A stretch of 64,000 nucleotides of DNA, from contig JBBRSP010000003.1 of assembly GCA_038245295.1 (NCBI GenBank), positions 96,001 through 160,000 on the forward strand, given 5' to 3'. Origin of the DNA: Candidatus Binatia bacterium (GTDB taxonomy: Bacteria; Desulfobacterota; Binatia; HRBIN30). The first letter of the stretch is position 1, and every line of letters begins with the position of its first letter. The notes under the pieces were generated by a model, which saw nothing but the letters and a program-made list of their open reading frames with translations, was not told the origin of the DNA and ran no database searches. Made by a program: the position numbers and the translations under genes. Positions 1 through 8,306 of the stretch are shown piece after piece.

Positions 1-2
1 CG

Positions 3-1886
3 CCCCAGGATAGTGCCTTGCGGGCTCGATTGCTGGGCGTGTTGGCGGTGACGTCGTCGATGTCGCGATCCGCCACGGATCGACGCGCCATGGTGACGCA
101 GGCACTGACGATGGTCCAGCGGCTGGACGACAGGGACGCCCGAGCAGCGGTGCTCGATGCGGCTCACCGGGCCTGCTGGGAACCTGAGTTTCTGCAGGAG
201 CGCCTGCGGCTCGCCGACGAGATCCTCGCACTGGCGCGCCGTCAGCGCGATCTCAAGCGTGAGATCCTCGCCTATTCGCTGCGATTCACGGATCGCGCCG
301 AGGCTGGTGATGTCCATGGAGTCGACGCGGACCTCCTCAAGTTCGGCGAGCGTGCCGACGAGCTTGGCCATCCGGTCTACGAGCAGCCGGCGGTATGGTT
401 CTCGACCTGGTGGCGTGCCACGCGCGCCTTGCTGGAGGGGCGCTTCGGCGAGGTCGAGCGCCTGGCTGAGCGCAGCCTGTCGCTTGGCGAACGTGTGCAG
501 AAAGATCTGGCCAGGCAGAACTACGGAGTGCAGCTGTTTGCGTTGCGACGCGAACAGGGGCGATCGGCCGAGTTGGTGCAAGCGGCGGCGGCCATCGACC
601 CCACGGCGCGCGGAGCAGGCTGGCGGATCGGTATCGCCGCGCTTTCGGTTCCAACCCTGCAGCAGCGCTACGCCGAGTTCTGGCACGAGCCGAGTTGGCG
701 CGTTGGCTACGTCGTGGCGTGTTGTGATGGAGGTCTCTTCGATGCGGCTCGCGAGATGTTCGACGAGTTGGCGGAGCATCAGTTTGCTGCCACACTGCAG
801 GACTCGGCTTGGCTGGCCAGCGTCGCTCTGCTTGCCGAGGTGTGTGTCAAACTCGGCGATGCGGGGCGGGCGCGATTGCTCTACTACGCCCTGTTGCCGT
901 TCCGTGATCGTTATGTCGTCGTGGGACCGGCATCCTTTTACTGGGGGCCGGTATCGCGAGCCCTCGGTTTGCTGGCTACCGCCATGGAGCAAGGACAAGT
1001 GGCCGAGCAACATTTCGAAGCTGCCATCCAAGCCGCCGAGCGAATCGGGGCATTTCCTTGCCGAGCGCACATCGAGTTTGAGTTGGCGCTAGCCCTGCGT
1101 CATCGCGGCAGTGTGCGAGATCTGGAGCGTTCGACTGCGTTGATCAGCAGCGCGGCGGAATTGGCCGAGCGATACGGTATGGCGCGGCTGCGGCTGCTGT
1201 GTCGGGAGTCGACAGAACGTGTCGTCGAGCCCGCCTCCGAGGCGGGCCGGACGTCCGGCGACAACCGCGTCACGGCCACCGTGGCGGCCCTTCTTGATGC
1301 GATGTCGGATGGAATTGCCTTGATCGATGCCAATGGTGCGGTTCTCTATCTCAACGAGGAGGCGGCGAGCCACGTGCACAGTGGCGAGGTCTTTACAGTG
1401 CGAGGCCGCACGCTTGTGTTGCAGCCAACCCTTCCGCAGGCGTCGTGGCTCGGCGACGCCTTGCGACAAATTGTGTCGGATGGCGCAGCGCTTTGCGCCA
1501 CCGTCGTGCCCAGGCGGCGGCAGCCGGGATTGCGAGTGCTGGTTTCTCGCTTGTCGATCGCGGGCGAATCGAAGCTCGGGGCCTTGATCCTGGTGCGGAT
1601 TGTCGATCCACTGGCCGACCGCGGCATGTGTGTCGATCTGGTCCGCCGGCTGTACGGCCTGACTGCTGCGGAAGCACGCCTGGCGCGGTTCCTCTGTCGT
1701 GGCATGACACTCTCCGAGGCTGCCGCGGAGGCGGGGATCGCGACGAGCACGGCGCGCAATCAGCTCAAGTCCATCTTCGAGAAGACGGAAACGTCTCGAC
1801 AAAGTGACCTCCTGCGCCTTTTGCTATCGAGCAGCGCGGGGTGGCGCATGCCCTTCTCGGAGGACGGCGTCGGCGCGATGCGCTGA
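3..1886 (+). CDS. STAND/MalT-like regulator, C-terminal part (TPR-like helices, PAS-like segment, LuxR HTH); 5' end cut by the window edge
   Basis: The frame is open from base 3 (PQDSALRARLLG, matching PEEDSAVRVRLLG in the next gene). PAS-like LLDAMSDGIALIDANGAVLYLN. C-terminal LuxR HTH: YGLTAAEARLARFLCRGMTLSEAAAEAGIATSTARNQLKSIFEKT. Confidence 0.85.
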   Translation, partial: PQDSALRARLLGVLAVTSSMSRSATDRRAMVTQALTMVQRLDDRDARAAVLDAAHRACWEPEFLQERLRLADEILALARRQRDLKREILAYSLRFTDRAEAGDVHGVDADLLKFGERADELGHPVYEQPAVWFSTWWRATRALLEGRFGEVERLAERSLSLGERVQKDLARQNYGVQLFALRREQGRSAELVQAAAAIDPTARGAGWRIGIAALSVPTLQQRYAEFWHEPSWRVGYVVACCDGGLFDAAREMFDELAEHQFAATLQDSAWLASVALLAEVCVKLGDAGRARLLYYALLPFRDRYVVVGPASFYWGPVSRALGLLATAMEQGQVAEQHFEAAIQAAERIGAFPCRAHIEFELALALRHRGSVRDLERSTALISSAAELAERYGMARLRLLCRESTERVVEPASEAGRTSGDNRVTATVAALLDAMSDGIALIDANGAVLYLNEEAASHVHSGEVFTVRGRTLVLQPTLPQASWLGDALRQIVSDGAALCATVVPRRRQPGLRVLVSRLSIAGESKLGALILVRIVDPLADRGMCVDLVRRLYGLTAAEARLARFLCRGMTLSEAAAEAGIATSTARNQLKSIFEKTETSRQSDLLRLLLSSSAGWRMPFSEDGVGAMR

Positions 1887-1966
1887 GTGCGCGCGCCGAC
1901 CAAGCGCCGAGAGTCGCTACGATACAGACTCGACAGAGGTTGGATTCCCTCCTAGGCTTTTGAGCC

Positions 1967-4900
1967 GTGGTTACAGATCCTGCCCGTGATGCCTGGGCTC
2001 ACCGTTCGCCGTTTGTCGGTCGCACGCATGAGCTCGCCGAGCTACGCCGAGCGCTCGACGACGCCTATGAGCGCCGGACGCGCGTCGTCCTCATTCCGGG
2101 GGATCCGGGAATTGGCAAGACCCGCCTGGCCAACGAAATCGCTGAGGAAGCGGCGCAGCGCGGCGCCGCCGTCCTATGGGGACGCTGCTGGGAAGGCGGC
2201 GGCGCGCCGGCCTACTGGCCGTGGGTGCAGGTGCTGCGTGCCTGCAGTACGCACGAGTCTGTCGATCCGCTGATCGCCGGTGAAGCCGCGGCTCTGGAAC
2301 GTCGCCTGGCTCCGGATACGCGTCGTCAGGCCACCCCGGAGCCGCGTGTCGAACCGACCAGATTCGATCTCTTCGACGAGACCACTCGGCTGGTGCGGCA
2401 CCTCGCCGCCAGCGGTGTCGCCGTGATTGTGTTGGATGATTTGCACGCGGCCGACGAACCATCCCTGCATTTGATGTTGTTCCTGGCGCGTGAACTGCGC
2501 AATGCTTCCGTGCTTGTCGTTGGCACCTATCGCGACGCGGCTACCCGACAATCACCGGCGCTGGCGCGACACCTCGCCGCCTTGTCGCGTGAAAGTCGGG
2601 TGCTGCCGCTACGCGGCCTGAGCGACGCCGAAGTGGGAGAGTTCGTCGCCGCTCTCGTCGAAGCCCCACCTCCGGATACGCTTGTGGACGAGTTGTGTCG
2701 CGTCACGGAAGGGAACCCCTTTTTCCTGGACGAGATCGTGCGTCTGTGGCGTGCCGGCAAAGGACGGAACGTGCCTGACCGGTTGCCGATTCCGGATCAG
2801 GTGCGCGATGCGATCCGCTATCGGCTGGAGCCGCTCGGCGATGCGATTCTCAATGTGCTGCGCGTCGCCGCCGTGTTGGGCCGTGAATTCGAGCAGCGCA
2901 TTGTCGAGCGTCTCGTCGCCGCCGATGCGGCGCCATCGGTGTATCGTTGCTTGACGGAGGCGGTCGCGGCGGGTGTGGTGCACGAGATGCCGACGCAGCT
3001 CGGTCGGTACCGTTTCTCTCATGCCCTGATCGTCGATACCCTTTACGCCGATCTAGGGAGTCCGGAGCGCGCCGCGGTCCATTGCGCCGCGGCGGCCGGG
3101 CTCGAACGCCTGTATGCCGCGGCCCTTGATGCCCACGCGGCCGAGATTGCCGAGCATCACCTGCGCGCCGGGCGCAGCGGTGACGCCCATAGCGCCGTTG
3201 CCTTTGCGCTGCGGGCAGGGCGGCGCGCGATGCGTGTGCTCGCCTACGAAGATGCGGCCTACTGGTTTGAACGTGCCGACAAGGTGATGGACGAGCTTGG
3301 CGCGGAGCCGCTCGCGCAAGCCCAGGTCTGGCTCGATATCGGGGAAGCCCACCGCCTCGCCGGCAGTTTCGCTCAGGCGGCGCCGGCATTTCAACGCGTC
3401 GTTGCCGTGGCACGGCGACACGGGTTGCGCGAGGCATTCGTCGAAGCCGTCCTAGGAATCGGCCAGGTCGCTGCCGAGACGGGTGTTGTCAATGCCAACC
3501 TGGTGGCGTTGTTGGAACAGGCACTGACCTGGCTTCCCGAGGAAGATAGCGCCGTGCGGGTGCGACTCCTCGGTCGCTTGGCGGTGGCATTGTACTTCTC
3601 GCCGAGCGACCCACGGCGCGAACTTGCTAGCCGGGACGCCGTCGCCATGGCGCGCCGCCTGGACGATGCTGGTGTGCTTACGGTGGCGTTGCGGACACGG
3701 CATTTCTCTCTGTGGAAGCCTGGCGCGGCCGAAGAGCGGCTGGCTCTGGCGCGTGAGATGCTGCGTTTGGGGGAACGGATTGGCGACGTCGAAGCGCAGT
3801 TCGGCGGCCTCAACTGGGGTGTGATCGATCAACTTGAGCTCGGGCAAATCCAGGCGGCCCGCGAGGACCTTGCGGCCTATGGTCAACTCGCGGCCGAACA
3901 CCACGCGCCGCGCGAGCAGTGGAATGTTACCCTGCTGCGTAGCGCCCTGGCTTTGTATCAGGGCGATCTGAGCTCTGGGGAGTATTTGGCGAAGACGGCA
4001 TTCGCACTCGGCGACCGCTGGGAAGTCGCCAATGCGGCGCAGTTTCTCAGTGTCCAGACATTCATCTTGTTCCGCGAGCTCGACCGCCTGCAGGAGCTCG
4101 AGGGCAGCGTGCGTACTCTGGTGGAACGCCTGCCGAATCTACCCGTTTGGCGCTGCGGTTTGGCGCTGTTGTATGCCGAGACCGGTAAGAGAGAAGCGGC
4201 GCAGCGTGAGCTGGCGTTGCTGGCGGCCCACGATTTCGCCGACTTGCCGGCGGATGCAAATTGGATTCCCGCCCTTTGCCTGCTCGCCGAGATTGCCGCG
4301 GCCACGAAAGATGCGGCGCGTGCGCAGACTCTTCTTGATCTACTGCGCCCCCATTCCGGCTGTACGTCGGTGTTTGGCACAGGCGCCGCGTGTGCCGGGT
4401 CGGTGACCTACTATCTTGGGTTGCTCGCGGCGACCGTTGGCAAGACCGACGAAGCGGCAAGCTGGTTTGCCGCGGCAGAGCACACTCACACCGAAGCGGG
4501 AGCATTCCCGTGGATCATTCGCGGACACGTCGCCGAAGTTGAAATGGGTCTGCGTTTCGGCGTCGCCGTCGATGCGCCGCTGGCGCGCTTGCATGCCGTG
4601 TTGGATGGCCTTGTTCTGCCGCGCCTGCAACGCCAGGTCGAGGAGATTGAAGCGTCGTTGCGAGAGCGCCGGAAGCCCGGCCCGGCGGCAATCCAGTTCG
4701 AACAAGCGGGGGAGTATTGGTCGTTGCACGGCACCGGGGAGCCATTCCTGCTGCAGGATACAAAAGGCTTGCGCTATTTGGCGCATCTGTTGCGCCATCC
4801 TCGCGACGAGTTTGGTGCCGCGACGTTGCAACAGCTGGGCGAGGGCCACAGCAAGACACGAATCGATGCTGCCGTATGCGCCGAACGTGCGGAGCTAGAA

Positions 4901-5179
4901 GTGCTGCAAAGTGAGTTGGCCGAGGCCGTATCGTTCAACGATCTTGGTCGCATCGAGAGAACTCGGGCTCAGATCAGCGACCTGGCACGCCGGGCGACGA
5001 GTCGCTCGGAAGCCGAGGCGCCGGCAGCGGAAAAAGCCCGGCTGAATGTGACCCGCGCCATCCTGGCGGCGGTGCGTCGCATTCGTGCGCAGGACGAGGT
5101 TCTTGGCCGCTACCTCGCGACGAACGTTCACACCGGCAGCGTTTGTTGCTTCCAGGCGGGTCCCTGGCCGCCGAAGTAG
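1967..5179 (+). CDS. AAA (STAND-type) ATPase with TPR-like repeats, putative transcriptional regulator
   Basis: FVGRTHEL, Walker A GDPGIGKT, Walker B VIVLDDLHAAD, TEGNPFFL and RYRFSHAL. C-terminal KGLRYLAHLL...EKARLNVTRAI module. Confidence 0.9.
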   Translation: MVTDPARDAWAHRSPFVGRTHELAELRRALDDAYERRTRVVLIPGDPGIGKTRLANEIAEEAAQRGAAVLWGRCWEGGGAPAYWPWVQVLRACSTHESVDPLIAGEAAALERRLAPDTRRQATPEPRVEPTRFDLFDETTRLVRHLAASGVAVIVLDDLHAADEPSLHLMLFLARELRNASVLVVGTYRDAATRQSPALARHLAALSRESRVLPLRGLSDAEVGEFVAALVEAPPPDTLVDELCRVTEGNPFFLDEIVRLWRAGKGRNVPDRLPIPDQVRDAIRYRLEPLGDAILNVLRVAAVLGREFEQRIVERLVAADAAPSVYRCLTEAVAAGVVHEMPTQLGRYRFSHALIVDTLYADLGSPERAAVHCAAAAGLERLYAAALDAHAAEIAEHHLRAGRSGDAHSAVAFALRAGRRAMRVLAYEDAAYWFERADKVMDELGAEPLAQAQVWLDIGEAHRLAGSFAQAAPAFQRVVAVARRHGLREAFVEAVLGIGQVAAETGVVNANLVALLEQALTWLPEEDSAVRVRLLGRLAVALYFSPSDPRRELASRDAVAMARRLDDAGVLTVALRTRHFSLWKPGAAEERLALAREMLRLGERIGDVEAQFGGLNWGVIDQLELGQIQAAREDLAAYGQLAAEHHAPREQWNVTLLRSALALYQGDLSSGEYLAKTAFALGDRWEVANAAQFLSVQTFILFRELDRLQELEGSVRTLVERLPNLPVWRCGLALLYAETGKREAAQRELALLAAHDFADLPADANWIPALCLLAEIAAATKDAARAQTLLDLLRPHSGCTSVFGTGAACAGSVTYYLGLLAATVGKTDEAASWFAAAEHTHTEAGAFPWIIRGHVAEVEMGLRFGVAVDAPLARLHAVLDGLVLPRLQRQVEEIEASLRERRKPGPAAIQFEQAGEYWSLHGTGEPFLLQDTKGLRYLAHLLRHPRDEFGAATLQQLGEGHSKTRIDAAVCAERAELEVLQSELAEAVSFNDLGRIERTRAQISDLARRATSRSEAEAPAAEKARLNVTRAILAAVRRIRAQDEVLGRYLATNVHTGSVCCFQAGPWPPK

Positions 5180-5189
5180 GGCGGCTGCC

Positions 5190-5256
5190 GCCATTTGCCC
5201 ATTTGGCTATTTGGCCATTTAGTCTTTAGTCATTTGGCCATCGGGCCACTTGGCCG
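5190..5256. repeat. Degenerate tandem ~8-nt repeat (CATTTGGC-like) between convergent genes
   Basis: ccatttgc ccatttgg ctatttgg ccatttag tctttagt catttggc catcgggc cacttggc. Confidence 0.7.
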
Positions 5257-5258
5257 TC

Positions 5259-6212
5259 TTAGGCGGGTAGGCCGGTCGTTTCACCGAGCCCGAGCATCAG
5301 GTTGATATTCTGGATCGCCACACCGCTGGCGCCTTTGCCCAGGTTGTCGAGAATGGCAACGAGCAGGACATGTCCGGAAGGATGCGGTAGGACGTGCAGG
5401 TCCATACGATTGGTGTCGTTGCAGGCGAGCGGATCGAAGCTGCGATCGTGGGTCGCCGGTGCTTCCTGAAACTCGACAACTCGGACGAACGGCTCCTCGG
5501 CATAGCGCGCCTGCAGAGTTTCCCAGATCTCGCGCCCATTGGTGTCGGCGACCAGCGCCGCGTGCAGCGGAATCTGGATGCGCATGCCGGCGCGAAAAGG
5601 TCCAACCGCGGGCTCGAAGTACGGCTCCTGTTGCAGGCCGGAATATTTCGTCATCTCTGGAACGTGTTTGTGGACCCGCTCCAGCGCGTAGGGTGCTTCA
5701 TAGGCAAGCGACAGGAGGCTGCCCTCCGGATCTTCCCATTTCTCGATGAGTTGCCGCCCGCCGCCGGAGTAGCCGGATAACGCGTGTACGCTGATCGGGG
5801 CGAAAGGCGAGAGGAGCCCGGCGTCGATCAAGGGCCGCAGCAACAAGACGATGCCGCTCGGGTAACAGCCGGGATTCGATACGTACTTGGCGGCCCGGAT
5901 GGCGTCGCGCTGTTCGGGCGCCAGCTCCGGCAGTCCATAGACCCAGCCGTCGGCGACCCGATGTGCCGTGCTCGCATCGATCAGGCGCGTCGGTGTATCC
6001 CGCACCCAGGAAGCGGCTTCGCGCGACGCATCGTCAGGCAGACACAACACGGCGAGATCCGCCGCCTGTAGTAACTCGCGCCGCGCCGCCGCATCCTTGC
6101 GCTGTTCATCCGGGAGGGTGAGGAGCTCGACGTCGGTGCGTGCCGCCATCCAGTCGCGAATGCGCAGGCCGGTAGTTCCGACGTGGCCGTCTATGTAGAT
6201 CCGTGGTCGCAT
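5259..6212 (-). CDS. argC: N-acetyl-gamma-glutamyl-phosphate reductase (short type 2 form)
   Basis: IYIDGHVGTTGLRI, IDASTAHRV, WVYGLPEL, catalytic NPGCYP, SGYSGGG and LDNLGKGASG. Confidence 0.95.
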   Translation of the reverse strand: MRPRIYIDGHVGTTGLRIRDWMAARTDVELLTLPDEQRKDAAARRELLQAADLAVLCLPDDASREAASWVRDTPTRLIDASTAHRVADGWVYGLPELAPEQRDAIRAAKYVSNPGCYPSGIVLLLRPLIDAGLLSPFAPISVHALSGYSGGGRQLIEKWEDPEGSLLSLAYEAPYALERVHKHVPEMTKYSGLQQEPYFEPAVGPFRAGMRIQIPLHAALVADTNGREIWETLQARYAEEPFVRVVEFQEAPATHDRSFDPLACNDTNRMDLHVLPHPSGHVLLVAILDNLGKGASGVAIQNINLMLGLGETTGLPA

Positions 6213-6281
6213 GGGTAGCTGATGCTATCCGCTGGCGTCGTGTGGCTCAATTCGGGAGGCGCAAAAGCTTTCGACGAATGA

Positions 6282-7634
6282 CTACGGCGCCAGCGTCGCG
6301 CCGACTTCCGTCAGCGCATGGTCGAGCGCCGTCACGATGGTATCGATTTCTCGCTCCTTGATGATCAACGGCGGGCACAGCGCGATGGTGTCGACACTGG
6401 CGCGCACGATGACGCCCTGCGCCAGGGTGGCGGCGCGGATGCGCAGCGGGATGTTCCATTCTGGCGGCAACGGTTCCTTGCTCTGCTTGTCGCGCACGAA
6501 CTCGAGTGCGGCCATCAGGCCGGCGGCGCGCACCTCGCCGACGATCGGGTGTCGCTCAAGGGTACGCAGTTTCTTGGCAAAGTAGGGCGCCAGACGGCGC
6601 GTCCGCTGCACCAGCTTTTCCTTTTCTATGATGTCTAGATTCGCCAATCCTGCCGCACAGACGACCGGGTGACCCGAATACGTAAAGCCGTGGTACAAAG
6701 AAAAGTCCGGCCCGGCATCGACCATTGTCTGGTAGATATCCTCCTTCATGAGTACGCCGCCGAGCGGCAGATAGCCGCTGGTCACGCTCTTGGCGAAGGA
6801 GATCATGTCGGGAACGGCCTTCCAGCGCTGTATGCCGAAGTTGTGCCCGAGACGGCCAAAGCCGGTGATTACCTCATCGGCGATCATCAAGACATTGTAT
6901 TTGTCGCAGATGGCGCGGATGCGCTCGAAATACCCGGGTGGCGGAACGATGACGCCGCCCACACCTTGCACCGGTTCGGCAATGAACGCACCGACGGTGT
7001 CGGGACCCTCCTCGAGGATGATGCGCTCGAGCTCGTCGGCACAGGCCAAGGCGCATCCGGGGTACGTCAGCTTGAGCTCACAGCGGTAACAAAACGGTCG
7101 CGCCATGCGCAGAACCCCTGGCATCATCGGCTCGTAGTACTTGTGGAAGTAGGGCAGGCCGGTGAGACTTGCCGAGCCGGTCGACGACCCGTGGTAGGCA
7201 CGTGTCAGCGCCACCATCTTTACCTTGTCGGCTTTTCCCTTGAGTCGCCAATACAACCGCATGAAGCGGATGACGCTTTCATTCGCCTCGGAACCGCCGG
7301 ATGTGAAGGAGACGCGGGTCAGCCCCTTGGGCGCCATCTTGACGATGCGCGTCGCCAATTCCTCGGCCGCCGGAGAGGAGAAGCCGAGGAGAGTCGGAAC
7401 AAATTCGAGGGCCCGTATCTGGCGCGCCGCGGCCGCGGCGATCGTCGGTCGGCCGTGGCCGACAGCAACGTTCCAGAGCGATGCCAGGCCGTCGATATAT
7501 CTATTTCCCTCGTCGTCCCACACGTAGATGCCACGACCCTTCACCAAACGAGTCGTGCCGTTGGCGGCGATCGTCGCCGGCGAGGCAAAGCCGCAAATCA
7601 AGTTCTTCGGGGCGCGACGACGTGGTTTCGGCAT
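6282..7634 (-). CDS. Class III PLP-dependent aminotransferase (omega-amino acid/SpuC/BioA-like)
   Basis: YIDGLASLW, SGGSEANE, AYHGS, FIAEPVQG, DEVITGFGR, PLP lysine in FAKSVTSGY, and HGFTYSGHP. Confidence 0.93.
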   Translation of the reverse strand: MPKPRRRAPKNLICGFASPATIAANGTTRLVKGRGIYVWDDEGNRYIDGLASLWNVAVGHGRPTIAAAAARQIRALEFVPTLLGFSSPAAEELATRIVKMAPKGLTRVSFTSGGSEANESVIRFMRLYWRLKGKADKVKMVALTRAYHGSSTGSASLTGLPYFHKYYEPMMPGVLRMARPFCYRCELKLTYPGCALACADELERIILEEGPDTVGAFIAEPVQGVGGVIVPPPGYFERIRAICDKYNVLMIADEVITGFGRLGHNFGIQRWKAVPDMISFAKSVTSGYLPLGGVLMKEDIYQTMVDAGPDFSLYHGFTYSGHPVVCAAGLANLDIIEKEKLVQRTRRLAPYFAKKLRTLERHPIVGEVRAAGLMAALEFVRDKQSKEPLPPEWNIPLRIRAATLAQGVIVRASVDTIALCPPLIIKEREIDTIVTALDHALTEVGATLAP

Positions 7635-7807
7635 TTCCAGGCTCCCTCCTGCGGCATAGACCTATAGAGTATGGACCGGCATCAAAGGAAGTCGCCAAAT
7701 CCAATACGCTGCGCCGGACGTAGTTTGGATCGAAGTGGTAAGACCAGAGTCGCTTCACGGCGGCGAGAAGGTTACACGGGAGACACGTTGTGGTAGGCGC
7801 CAACTGG

Positions 7808-8227
7808 ATGAGAAAGCGAAGCATCATGCCCAGGCTGGCCTCCGTGGTCATGCTGGCTGCCTTCGCGTTCCAGGCGGGAACGCCACGTGTCGCCGTTCTG
7901 TTTCACGAACATGCCGGCGGTGAGCACGCTCACGTACACACCAGCGACATCGACGCCCTCATCAACGAATTCGCTACCCCGCCGCAGATCCGTGCGCGCA
8001 TCGCCCATCGCGCCGCCAGAGGCCTTGCCCTCGCGGTCGAACATCACAGTGGCCTGCACGCGCACTGGCAACAAGCCTTTCACGGGATCGATCGCCCATC
8101 CGATCCTCCGGCGCTCGCCGTTGCTGGCCTTGCCAGATCCCTCGGCCGCGCGCCGGGCGCTGCCGCCCTTCGAGGCAGTACGCTCGTCCCCCAGGTCCGC
8201 GGCCCGCCCCTCCCCGCCTGCGTCTAG
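7808..8227 (+). CDS. His-rich leader protein (uORF) with signal-like N-terminus and C-terminal RGPP arrest-type motif
   Basis: MRKRS plus hydrophobic LASVVMLAAFAFQA. His clusters HEHAGGEHAHVH and HHSGLHAHW. Ends QVRGPPLPACV, 79 nt before the receptor start codon. Confidence 0.75.
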   Translation: MRKRSIMPRLASVVMLAAFAFQAGTPRVAVLFHEHAGGEHAHVHTSDIDALINEFATPPQIRARIAHRAARGLALAVEHHSGLHAHWQQAFHGIDRPSDPPALAVAGLARSLGRAPGAAALRGSTLVPQVRGPPLPACV

Positions 8228-8306
8228 AACATACTACCAAAGCAGGAACGGGGACCGGGTTGTCGGTTTCGCAGCACCGCGCCCCGGATGTTCATGGAGG
8301 GAGCGG
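8204..8306 (+). promoter_or_regulatory. Putative SD-sequestering mRNA structure
   Basis: CCGCCCCTCC (8204-8213) is complementary to GGAGGG-A-GCGG (8296-8306) with one bulge. Inner stems: GAACAT (8227-8232)/ATGTTC (8288-8293) and CGGGG (8249-8253)/CCCCG (8282-8286). Confidence 0.6.

Noticed and set aside
7725..7785. tRNA-Glu-like words (AGTGGTAAGAC, TTCACGGCGGCGA)
   Set aside because: There is no GTTCGA T-loop and no acceptor stem, so a cloverleaf cannot be built.
7887..8306. 140-aa N-terminal extension of the TonB-dependent receptor in the ORF track
   Set aside because: It is low-complexity, overlaps the His-rich leader in another frame, and a good SD plus signal peptide begins at 8307.
7635..8306. 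Cobalamin or other riboswitch ahead of the receptor
   Set aside because: No B12-box or other recognisable aptamer consensus was seen, and most of the space is an ORF.
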